Source of the DNA: Macrostomum lignano
Taxonomy: Eukaryota
Assembly: GCA_002269645.1 (NCBI GenBank)
Contig: NIVC01000084.1
Coordinates: 372,001 to 436,000 of the forward strand
Length of the DNA: 64,000 nt
Reading direction: 5' to 3'
The position numbers were made by a program, and so were the translations under genes. Shown one piece after another: positions 42,588-55,700 of this stretch. The notes under the pieces are model-generated. The model did no database searches. It was not told the DNA's origin and saw nothing but the letters and a program-made list of their open reading frames with translations. How positions within the stretch are numbered: position 1 is the first letter of the stretch; each line of letters begins with the position of its first letter.

Positions 42588-43968
42588 GCTGGATCGATTT
42601 CATTTGGTGTCTCAACCATAGACATAAAATTGAGTTATTTTTAACACGAGTAAGGACCAATGTTTATGGAAAACCAAAATCGTTGACGCTTGACACTTGT
42701 CAACCCAACAGAACGGATCAGAGGACAGTGGAATGGGCGTAACTTGCTTGACGACCAGTGCCCAAAACTCATTGAGATACTCAAAAAAATTGGAGATTAT
42801 GGCAATTTAGCCTTCAATAATTATCTACATATGATATAGTGCATGTAAAATTCCGATAGTTACTCTCAAGTGTCTCTGAGACGCAAAAAAGTGGACAGCG
42901 CCAAGTGCAAAATGAAACTTTGGATACAATATTTTTTGCATTTTTCCTAGCAGAGAAAATCTGCTTCTACAATGGGTCGGGTTTCAAACTTGGCAGCTCA
43001 GTCTGTCACTGTCTCGCTCACAGCTCCGCAGCTCATTCGGCGTCAGCAGTTTTTGATTTTTTTCTCGCTTAGGAATTTCTATAATTTTTCCTTTCTCCCA
43101 TTTATAGTTATAGGAATTCGCTAGCTGTTCAAGCATTTTACAGAGCCGCCACACCTGCCGCCACTCCTAGCTGCCTGTGCTGCAGCAACCGCCTCTCCTT
43201 TTTACAGTTTCCTGTCTGCAATTCACAGGGTTAGGGTTGGGAAGCATAAGCCCATTGAGCTGTGCCTCTCACAGTTCTCTCCCTTATATCGATTCTCAAT
43301 GTGGCTAGTAAGGCTGGCCAAGGGGATCCTATAGAAACTAGAAACAGGATTAGCAAATCTGACTCCAAGAATAGTTTTGCCATAGACAAATTGGCGTTGG
43401 GGTTTATATAGGAAGCCAAGAGACTCAGCGAGACCGATGCATCGGTTGTATAGCCGCATGGGGGTGTAAAAAATTATGATCATTTAGTGGAAAATTTGGC
43501 AACTCCAAATTCTGATTGTGGATCTCCTTGAACTGGCTGTTGAGTTTGGGAAGGATCGGAGCTGCTGTCAGGTACTCAGACGAATATCCCAGCTCAGTGC
43601 AGAGCCGAGGAAACAGGGGGGGGGGGGGTTGTGGGGCTGGGGTGACAGCTGTGTCTGCTTGTGCTACAGGATCACACTTGGGATTTGAATATTGCAAATT
43701 CCGCACACGAAATTCAACCAAGATTCGTGGAGCGAGACTCAAACCTCATTTACCAGCGTCTACTAACAGTAGACCATGCAGTAAATAAATTTAGATTCAT
43801 CTCAAAAGCTAAAATACGCTCGTAGTTACGAGATAGGAATACCTGATAATTTACTGGTACATTAAATAATAAAATCTGAATACATTACTCTTAAATATTC
43901 TTGCGTAATCTGGATGGATGTTTTATTAAACAATGAAACAATAGATATATTTCTTTAATAAATATTTT

Positions 43969-45216
<1,248 letters not shown>

Positions 45217-45598
45217 CGTACTTTGCAGTCCCTAACTCTCCCCAGCAACAATGCGGCTGTCAAGCAGGGCTCAGGCAGCGGGAAGAGCTGTGACAGGCTA
45301 CCGCGGGAGCAACAGCTGCAAGGGGAAGGAGAAACAGACGGAGACGAGTTGGAAGCTGCATGCAGGAGGAGTAGCAGAGGCGTGTACCAGTCACAGCTGC
45401 AGAGAGGTGAAGCAAACGCATCTCGCAGTGCTGAGAAGCAGCATTGGCTGCAGGCCAACCCCAACACGGCACTCAGAACACTGCCAAGAGCTGCCTTCCA
45501 CTCAGCATATTTTAGAGCGGTGGCAGAATTCAATGCATTCCCAGTCGGCCGGATAAGGCGCTGCAATAAAAAAATCGACAGACAGCCACTGGTGTGAA

Positions 45599-46099
45599 AT
45601 GTCCAACCAGAGCGTCACTGGGGGCGTCAGTCAGGAGATTCTACGCGAAGTGTTCGACAAATTCGATGTCGATGGCAGCGGAGCGATTGAGGCTCGCGAA
45701 CTCGTCAGGCTGATGCGGTCTGCCGGGCAGGCCCTGACCCGAGCTGAGGCCGACTCGCTAATCCGCGAGTTCGACAAGAACTCCAACGGCCGGTTGGAAT
45801 TCTCCGAGTTCGTAGCCATGATGGACGCCTTCGCCGAGAAAGCTAACGGCAAGTCGACATCGGCATCGACAGATGAAGATGTCGACGAGAGAAAGCGAAT
45901 TTTTGAGCTGCTGGACAGAAACAGGGACGGCTTCATCTCCAGGGCTGAGCTGGCTCACGTGATGAACGACCTGTTAGAGGAGGGTCTGAGCGAGCACGAC
46001 CTCGACCAGATGATGGCGGCCGCTGACACCGACGGAGACGGTCAGATCAGCTTTGAGGAGTTCAGCAGCCTGGCGGCCAGCATGAGGATCTTCCGCTAA
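45599..46099 (+). CDS. Intronless calmodulin-like protein, four EF hands, 166 aa; paralog of 32246-32707
   Basis: Loops [48 protein letters not shown]. Shares IREFDKN, VMNDLL.EGLS and M.IF motifs with the upstream copy. Confidence 0.95.
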   Translation: MSNQSVTGGVSQEILREVFDKFDVDGSGAIEARELVRLMRSAGQALTRAEADSLIREFDKNSNGRLEFSEFVAMMDAFAEKANGKSTSASTDEDVDERKRIFELLDRNRDGFISRAELAHVMNDLLEEGLSEHDLDQMMAAADTDGDGQISFEEFSSLAASMRIFR

Positions 46100-46174
46100 G
46101 ACCGAGGGGATTCTACATAATCGGAGCCTGCGCTTTGAGCAGCCGGCTCGTTTTTGGCCAGCCAGCTTCTCCTA

Positions 46175-46865
46175 AACCCTTTCCCATCTCACTCTCTCCC
46201 CATCTCACTCTCTCCCGTCTCACGCTCTCCCCGTCTCACTCTCTCCTTATCTCACTCTATCCCCATCTCACTCTCTCCCCGTCTCACTCTCTCCCCGTCT
46301 CACTCTCTCCCCATCTCACTCTATCCCCATCTCACTCTCTCCCCATCTCACTCTCTCCCCATCTCACTCTCTCCCCGTCTCAATCTCTCCCCATCTCACT
46401 CTCTCCCCATCTCACTCTCTCCCCATCTCACTCTCTCCCCATCTCACTCTCTCCCGTCTCACGCTCTCCCTGTCTCACTCTCTCCTTATCTCACTCTCTC
46501 CCCATCTCAATCTCTCCCCATCTCAATCTCTCCCCATCTCACTCTCTCCCCATCTCACTCTCTCCCCATCTCACTCTCTCCCCATCTCACTCTCTCCCCA
46601 TCTCACTCTCTCCCCATCTCACTCTCTCCCCATCTCACTCTCTCCCCATCTCACTCTCTCCCCATTTCATTCTTCCCCATCTCGCTCTCTCCCATCTCAC
46701 TCTCTCCCCATCTCACTCTCTCCCCATCTCGCTCTCTCCCCATCTCACTCTCTCCCCATCTCACTCTCTCCCCATTTCATTCTTCCCCATCTCGCTCTCT
46801 CTCCATCTCACTCTCTCCCCATTTCATTCTTCCCCATCTCGCTCTCTCCTCATCTCACTCTCCCT
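46175..46865. repeat. 16-bp pyrimidine-rich minisatellite (CCCCATCTCACTCTCT)
   Basis: Direct reading. Confidence 0.95.
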
Positions 46866-47627
46866 TCTATCTCACTATTCTCACTAAGCTGCTAAAAAAG
46901 TGAGATTAATACTCACTGAAACTGTGGCAGTCGGTTTTGTTCTACTAATCAATCTTTTTGGTTGAATTTTTTTTTCTATTGTGTTTGCTTCTGTGGTTTT
47001 TGGTAAAATCTGCTTCTGCATATTTACAGACATAAACTGGCCTTATAAGTATACAGACCCTACTTGGGTTTTTCATTCTTATTAAATAATTTTGGGACTT
47101 GAAAATCAATATGTTCTCTTACGAGCGTATTAAATTAACAAAAAAATCTTATTTTTTGTTTGCAAATGTAAAATTACTTTTAATACTTCAGTTGTTTATT
47201 AATATATATGATGGATTTAAATTATCACTTAATATAAAAACAACGAGAATTTTGCTTATAGTAGGCGAATACTACTTGATTATTATTATACTACTTTTAC
47301 TTTTAAAATATTACTTTTATCAATAATCGCTGTTATTTTTACGATTTACAGTGTACAGTCATGGCCACGGGAAGGAACTGATTTCCCGCGGGAAACACAT
47401 TTGATTGGCTCGCTCCACCCACCCCCACCGAGACGCGACCCTCTGTTGCGTCACCCTACCCCTCATTATCGTCTCTACTGTGCTCAGATTTAAAACTTAA
47501 ACGAGAAAGCACATTAAGGAATTGTTATTTAGCAACTATTTGAACTCGTTTTCAGCTATAACTGCTCTATTAATCACTTCTACTAATGAATTCTGGTTCT
47601 CGTGGTCGAGTCGCCCCTATAGAGCGC

Positions 47628-48128
47628 AGAATGTACACCTTCTGGTGCTTTTTGATTCAGACGGTTTACTTGACATTTTCAAGTGGGAAAAATCTGAGGA
47701 AGTTCGATCTGGGCAACGTCTGACTATCAATTATCAAAATGAGCATCATGTGGTCGAAGTAATTGACGTTGCTGGTAAGTTTGCTTGTACATTTTTAACT
47801 TGCAGACAATGAGACTTCACTGCGGCAATCAGAATATGCCTTCATCAAGATGCAGCGATGGAAGCAGATTTTGTCCGAGCGAGCACGGCGGCAGCGTGAC
47901 CAAGACGAACCGAATGGGGTATTTCTCAGTAGCTGTTGGCACTCAGAGTGACAACACTGAACTGCAAGAGCCGTCTGTGAAGAAAAGGAAAGTGGGCGTG
48001 ACCTCCAGCGACATCTACATTCAGCGACATCGCTGAAACATCTGCAACTCAGCGGGCAGCTAGCAAGATAAAAAAACTACGGCATCAGAATGCTGGATTT
48101 CGTCCTTTTCGTTCCGTACATGTACAGA
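47628..48128 (+). pseudogene. Two-exon coding-like fragment with apparent frameshifts, unknown family
   Basis: LLVLFDSDGLLDIFKWEKSEE...VIDVA|gtaagt ... ttgcag|DNETSLRQSEYAFIKMQRWKQILSERARRQ. The ATG and a downstream VAVGTQSD..KKRK segment lie in other frames. Confidence 0.4.
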
Positions 48129-48482
48129 TGTAAGTTAAACTAAATAATGAAGACAATAAAGTTGAACTCATCTCATTAGGAATGCAAAAGAATAAAAGAT
48201 ACGTGGACATGTAAATTAGTAATAAAAATACTCGTGTATTGTTTTCATTCGGTCATCTCGTTAACATAGAAAATTGAAATATATTTGCTTATTTCGCATA
48301 TTAGAACAGTTCAAATCCTGTTCTATACGGGAACACGCAATGAACTCTATATCAAACATTATTTAGTAATATAATTAAACAAAAAACTGTTGGCTTATTA
48401 TAACAAGAATAGAATTAAGGAAAGAGAAAATTTCGTGGCTGTAAATTAGTTAACAAATATGGTTGAGCGTTTGAACCTTTAT

Positions 48483-49391
48483 CTACACCTTGTGCCCATT
48501 GATCTCCGTGCCGTTTCGCCTGTAGAACTCTGACTGAACGATTCCGATGCGGCAATGCGCCCGATCCGGGGGGTCCAGCTGATTCGATAGCCGCTTGCCG
48601 TATACAGACGAGTAGAGAGTCGGTACCGGCTTTGAAATTTCCTGGAAATCGTTTTCCAGGAACCGTGTTAAAACGGATCATCAACGACCAAGCCGTCAAA
48701 ATGTAATTATTTGCAGTAGTGTAAATGTTTTGAACTTATAAAGTTCACTACTAGCCGTTACAAAACATTTAAATTACCTCCTGATGCACTTGAAGGCCTT
48801 GAGACTTTGCATGCTCCCTGTCGTCTCTGTGCAGCTTGGCATTGAAATCGCGCTCCTGGTGAAAAATCCTATCGTAGCCATAGGCCGAGTAGCGTTCCTG
48901 TGGGGATGGGCGGTAAAGGCAATAGCTAGGGTGAGAGAGGAAATGTATTGAAATTTGAATCTATTTTTACTGTATACTGCGCTGCATCTATAGGTTAGTT
49001 GTAGTATTCAATTTTGCCTTTCCTTTATTTATATATCATCTATTTTCAAAGTCTCGTGGGTTTTTAAATAAAATTAAATAAGCGTTAAAAACTGACAAAA
49101 AATTTACCAACTCTATATTATTTCGTCTGTTCTAACTTTAGAGGGTTTAAGCCAGTATTACTTTAGGACAGCTGGGCATGTAAAATGCTTATATATGGTC
49201 TGGAAGCAACTTTCATACTAGTGGCAAAAACTTACATTTTTATCCACGTTGAAATATGTACGTTCCCTCGGTGCATGGCGCTCTGGAGGGACAAAAGAAA
49301 ATGAGGAAAGCTCGCAAGGGCGACCTCGCAAGACGAATTCGTCAGTATCCGTCTTTACGGGAATAACAAAATCGCTTTGCTCTTCTTCCAT
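48483..49391 (-). CDS. CFAP90: Cilia- and flagella-associated protein 90 (C5orf49) ortholog; 3 exons, 144 aa
   Basis: Exons 49391-49236, 48897-48778 and 48641-48483 (GT-AG, all phase 0). Encodes SSFSFVPPERHAPRERTYF, YDRIFHQERDFNAKLHRDDREHAKSQGLQVHQEE and LYSSVYGKR...QSEFYRRNG, which match the CFAP90 signature LHRDDREHAK / SSVYGKR / FYRKN that I recognise. Confidence 0.92.
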
Positions 49392-49796
49392 TAGAAGCTT
49401 TGCTTCTCTTGTCAGTAGGAAAATACAAAGGAGCTGGTATAGATCAAACCGGTGATTTGATTACTGCATATAGCCGAAAACATATTCAAATTTTAAACTG
49501 AATAGAAGCGACACTATTAGCTACAACAAGTAAAACAAAACTTCTAAAAAAAATTACTTCACCTTTGATTCTATAGTAATATCGCAAGTATAAAATAAAA
49601 AAAAAAGTTTTTTAATATGTAAAGTTGAAAATAAAACAAATTTATGTAAATATTTTTCTGCTTGGGGTAACGATTTTAAGCTTAATAAGACTATATTTTA
49701 AATATAGTAGCTCACGGCACTTGTGGGGTACTCTAGCAGTTTTGGATACTTTGCGTGTGTTTAAAAATAAGACTACTGGATACTTTTTAAGAGGAA
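49392..49796. promoter_or_regulatory. Putative bidirectional promoter between CFAP90 and the CARD-TPR-Rab gene
   Basis: The divergent ATGs at 49391 (-) and 49797 (+) are only 405 nt apart. Confidence 0.55.
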
Positions 49797-52700
49797 ATGA
49801 GCAGAAATTTTCCAACTTTGCAAGAGAAAGTTGGCAATGCTTCTTCGAGGTAATCTAATCTTCAATGTTTTTCATTTTAAGATATTCGTGTTCTCCATGT
49901 ACTAAAATGGTTTGTCGGTAGGTATCTATCTAGGTACGTGATCGACTTTACCTCTCTACTAAAGCAGCTAATTTTTAGATATATGTTCTGTTTATTTGTT
50001 GACTGCTGCTTTTAAAAGGCTCGTACATCATTTAAGAAGAATTTACATTACTAACATTGTCTAGTCATTAAGTGCAGAACATCAGAATTCAGATGGCATG
50101 TGCTAAACTAAAAACCTTATTAATATTACTTTTGGTCAACTGGTTAAAAATATAATTGTATATTAATTGTCACAAGGTAATATATGTATACATAGATTTT
50201 TTGTTTTATTAGTAATAGCTTTAATAATTGCAATAATGCTTTTATAGCATTTTGTTTAATATCTTTGTTTTAGGTTGTTATGCTATTTATCAATAACTGC
50301 CATACCTTCTTAGGAATAAAAATTACTGAAAATCAATTTTCTAACTTTTCCTCTTAAACTATGCACTTAAAACTTATTTTATAATTATCATACATTAAAC
50401 ATAGAAAACGAAATTAAAAGTTAGACATTTTGCTTTGCATGGCTATCAAAATTCAAATGAAAGAATGTCTTTGAAAAAAAGCTATTTTTGCATTCAAAAC
50501 CCAAATCAAGATCTGTGCAAGACCGCGTCAGCTCAGTGAGTCAACGAGAGGCCCAAAATGTTCTTCGACTTCGCGTCAATCGAGTCTGCCTTGTACAGCA
50601 GCTCAATGTAGATCCCGTGGTTGATTACCTGAGACGTGAAGGTATTCTCAGCGACACCGATGTTCGCTTTGTGTCCCGCGGTGCCAACAGGTCTGAGAAG
50701 ACGCGAATGCTGCTGGACATGCTGCCCAGCAAGGATCCCAGCACCCAGTGGTACAACAAGTTCAGGTGGGAATGTGAGCTGCAAGTATTGCCGAATGAAC
50801 GCCCTTCTGTTCTTCGAAGCTCTTCTGAGAATCGCCCTCGAATCTCTATTCTGAAAATCGTTCTCTAATCTCTATTCTGAAAATCGCCATCTAATCTCTA
50901 TTCTGAAAACCAGCCCCTAGATCTAATCTACACCAGAGAATGCCCCCTAGATCTAATCTACACCAGAGAATGCCCCCTAGATCTAATCTACACCAGAGAA
51001 TGCCCTCTAGATCTAATCTGCACCAGAGAATGGCCCTCTAGATCTAATCTGCACCAGAGAATGGCCCTCTAGATCTAATTTGCACCAGAGAATGGCCCTC
51101 TAGATCTAATCTGCAATAGAGAATCGCCCTCTAGATCTAATCTGCAATAGAGAATCGCCCTCTAGATCTAATCTGCACCAGAGAATCGCCCTCTAGATCT
51201 AATCTGCACCAGAGACTCGCCCTCTAGATCTAATCTGCACCAGAGAATCGCCCTCTAGATCTAATTTGCACCAGAGAATGGCCCTCTAGATCTAATCTGC
51301 AATAGAGAATCGCCCTCTAGATCTAATCTGCACTAGAGTTGCCCTCTAGATCTAATTTGCACCAGAGTTGCCCTCTAGATCTAATTTGCACTAGAGTTGC
51401 CCTCTAGATCTAATCTGCACTAGAGTTGCCCTCTAGATCTAATTTGCACTAGAGTTGCCCTCTAGATCTAATTTGCACTAGAGTTGCCCTCTAGATCTAA
51501 TCTGCACTAGAGTTGCCCTCTAGATCTAATCTGCACTAGAGTTGCCCTCTAGATCTAATTTGCACCAGAGTTTCCCTCTAGATCTAATCTGCACCAGAGT
51601 TGCCCTCTAGATCTAATTTGCACCAGAGTTGCCCTCTAGATCTAATTAGCACCAGAGTTGCCCTCTAGATCTAATTTGCACCAGAGTTGCCCTCTAGATC
51701 TAATTTGCACCAGAGTTGCCCTCTAGATCTAATCTGCACTAGAGTTGCCCTCTAGATCTAATCTGCACTAGAGTTGCCCTCTAGATCTAATCTGCACTAG
51801 AGTTGCCCTCTAGATCTAATTTGCACCAGAGTTTCCCTCTAGATCTAATCTGCACCAGAGTTGCCCTCTAGATCTAATTTGCACCAGAGTTGCCCTCTAG
51901 ATCTAATTTGCACCAGAGTTGCCCTCTAGATCTAATTTGCACCAGAGTTGCCCTCTAGATCTAATTTGCACCAGAGTTGCCCTCTAGATCTAATCTGCAC
52001 TAGAGTTGCCCTCTAGATCTAATCTGCACCAGAGTTGCCCTCTAGATCTAATTTGCACCAGAGTTGCCCTCTAGATCTAATCCACACCAGAGGAACCTCT
52101 AGAGCAAGCGATCTAGAAGCAAGTCCCGTCACCTACCCAGGACGTCTCTATCGGCAACATCCACCGTCGACGCCACCACCGCTCGGAATCATCAAATCTT
52201 GGTTGACTTTCTAGACAGCACAAATCTAGCCAATCTGAAATCGAGTTCCACAGACTCAGTGCAACACTCTGAGCAGCAGCAGCAGCCGCCGCTGCCGCCG
52301 ATTCAACCTCAAGAAGACGATCCGACGTCTGCAGAGCATCGTCAGCGTTGGAAGGCGCTACGCTCGGCGGCCAAGTCCAGACTGAGTCAGCTCGAAGCCA
52401 ATCCGTCTATTCGATTGAGTCGCCTACCGGAGGACTTGCCCGAGCACCTGGCTCGAACTTACGAAGCCTGGACAGCTAACGGCGGCAGCGGTCGCTCCGC
52501 GGCCAAGCACGAGCGTCGATGCCTGTCGCGATTGCGAACCGCCGACGACTTCGCCTTGCAAGCTGCCGGTTCAGCCAATTCCGAACGACTCATGCTGGTC
52601 TGCTTCATTTCGCCGCTGCACCGTCTGCTGTGCGACATTCGCAAGCGTCATCTGGCTTATAAATACTTACTAGCCGATGCGCCTAGCCTTGGCAACGCCT

Positions 52701-55700
52701 TAGCAACCGCGTTTGCTAACCTATCTGCCGGGCCGGACGGTCGACGACTTTTTACCGACGGTCGATGGTCGCGGTACGCGGCTACTAAGCTGGCAAATTT
52801 GGCCGGCCGACTGTTCGACTTTCTGGCCGGAGTCAATCTGTTTAGAGAGTGCGAGACGGTTGCCGGGTCTTTGTGCGACTATCTGAATAGGTGAGGCTGC
52901 TTAAGTATCTGAGCTGTCTGAAGTAAAACTTGTTTCACACGTTGGTGTAACTCTCGGCGATCTAGTGACAAAATAATTCCATCACAACATCCGATGATAC
53001 AGGTATTGGCTTAGCTCAGGAGTCACTGGAATAATGTCGCCGAAGATGTACGTTAAGCCATGTTCATACATTCGCAATCCCCCCGATGTACATCGGCCGT
53101 GCAACTTACCTATGAAAGAAACCTAAGCAAAAATTAACAAAATTTTGGGTAAACGGCAGGAGTAACTATAGCTTGATTATTAAGGCTAAATGTCTCGGCA
53201 CCTAATTAGTGCTATGTCTATTTTGGGTTGGCATTTTTGTCACTTACCTTGGCTAAGCCCTTCGCCAGGGCGTTGCACATGTATGGCCATGTTGCCATAT
53301 TTATTACATCCATGTGACACACAAAGCCACCGACGTACGACGTACAAGCGACTGTATACAACCCTCACTAATCTCCTTGAAAAGGTTCGGCGGCGACTGC
53401 GTGGAAGCCCTGCTGCCAACCTACCGCGCCAGCGTCAGGCTGATGGAAGCCCGGCTCAACAACGCCGACTACCAGCTGGCCGACGCTGCCAGTCAGGCGG
53501 CCCAGGCCACGGCGGCCAGAATCAACCGCTTGTCATTTGGCCAAAAAGTGATGGACAACCAGGCCCTGTTGCAGGCACAGATTGGTCGGATGCTGCTGGA
53601 CCAGGGTAGCCTGGCGTCCGCGTTGGGTGCTTTTGGTAGCGCCATCTCGGTGAGTGCATGCTAATTTGTTTTTAGAAGTTTTTAGAATATGCAAGCATAA
53701 GAATATTAATTTTGATTAATTATTTGCCAAGTGCCGGCCGTCTGCGGGAGGCCTGCAGAGTTTTAATTCCTACTCTTTACAACTCATTCTTAGTCTAATA
53801 ATTAAACAAATTATAGAATATAGTTTTCTTTTATTAAACAAGAGTCATTATTAATTGTTTTACTTATAGTTTTAAATGGTAAAATAAATGATCAATAACT
53901 TTATTAAATATTTAGTTATAATATATTTTTCCTACGTTTTTAAGTATTAAAAAATAAATAATTATACAAAAAAGTAAGTAAAAATTTAAATCAAAAAGAC
54001 TTATTAAATTAAAATTATGGTAATTATACATAAATTGCGTTGTCTCTTGAGCAAATATAGAAAAGATTTCTTTTATACTTGGAAAATTTAATAAAATATC
54101 AATTTCAGACTGTGGACCTTAATGATACAGAGGCCGTATTCAAAATTCTCTACCACGCTTTGCAACTTTACCTAACAAACTCCGATGAAGGAAAAGCCGA
54201 AAAATTAGCTGTTGCTTGCGTTCAGCATGCTTAGTAAGTACTTTTTTGTAATTTCCATACCCGCCTTATTTAATAGTAACATAAATTTAAATTTATTATT
54301 ATTTCAGCAAATTTTACAAAACAGAATCGCCGGAATACATCAAGTCGTTGTTGAACTTTGTCAAATTTTCAAACGCCTTCTGTCAAGATGATTTTGGAGT
54401 CGAAGTTGCTGTGGTAAGTTTGGCCACGGGTGTGCAAAGTGTCATTTTCTACAGTTTAGAAATATTTCAACAACATTCTTAGAAAACTATATTGTCTCAT
54501 TTGTATGAAAATCGAATTTTATTTCTACTGTATCGAAATACGATGTCTTTCTAAAAAAACAAACCGAAGTCATAGAAAATTTTGTTTTTATGCAATATTT
54601 ACTGTGGTGTAATTTTTTTAGCTTTTTAGTAAGTAATTCGGTAATTCTTAAGTATCTCGTGATTTAAGAACCATGTAAGTATCTTAAAACAGTCCAATGC
54701 AAATTTTGAATACGAATCAATTTGATACTGTGGCGCCCTTCGTTCGAGAAACTTTAATTAACCGTATATTAATCTAACATTCTATAAATCATGCACAAAT
54801 CCAAATGTCGCGATCTTTGCAGAAGTTTATCTTCACCTAATAATATTCTACGAGCTAGTTTCAAACATTTATTAATGAATACTAAATTATGTACTATATG
54901 AAAACAGCATAGTAAATATCTGTGTAATTATCGATAAATTATCAGCACGTTGAATTTGTTATACTGTAGGAATTAATATTTTTAGAACTTTCTCGAAAAC
55001 CAAGTCATATCTATAAATATACGGCAGGCGCATCGTCATTTCTTCATCTTCCCCATTTTCTTTATTCGTTCCTAATACACCAATAAACAAAGGAACCACT
55101 GATTTCATTTGCTGACGAATGCTAACATCAATCCAACTAATTCCGCCAATGTCGTTCTGTTCTAACAAAATATAATTTTTAGATTACACCTAATTCTTAG
55201 AAAATATCGCATCAGCTAAAAAACTTCGTTCTTTTCGTAAAAATTGGATCTCATTCTATAGGAAACTTATTCTCTCTTTCTAGGAAAAATCAATTCCGGT
55301 TCTAAGGCTAATTCTCACCTCATTCTTATAAAACTTGATAAATTTCCTATCCATCAAATTCCAGAACGCGTCTTTATTCGCTCAGCTCATCCTGGGCTAC
55401 CAGCACCCGCTACTAGCCGAAGTCCAGTCGCACCTGTCGTTGGCGCAGCTTCTACGGCTCCGTCATCGCAGCCGCCGCGGTCAGGGTGCAACTGCGGAGC
55501 CCCAAGAAGTTGTCGCTCACGTGGAAGCTTCTCTAGCCGCAGTCAGAATGAGCTCTGGCGAGTCGGCATCTCAGCATCCCAACGCTGCCTCCTTGATGAC
55601 TAATCTAACCCAAGCTGCTCGCCTAGCGAACCCCGCCATCCTGCCAGTTGAACTGCTTCAAGTCGCCATCGAATTCGGTAGAAAATCTGTTGAAATTTTC

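Noticed and set aside
45223-45597. Overlapping ORFs upstream of the second calmodulin-like gene
   Set aside because: No domain signal and no consistent splice sites; likely promoter or UTR sequence.
48483-48641. BEN-domain-like reading of SSVYGKR..QLDP
   Set aside because: The upstream exons with LHRDDREHAK identify it as the last exon of CFAP90.
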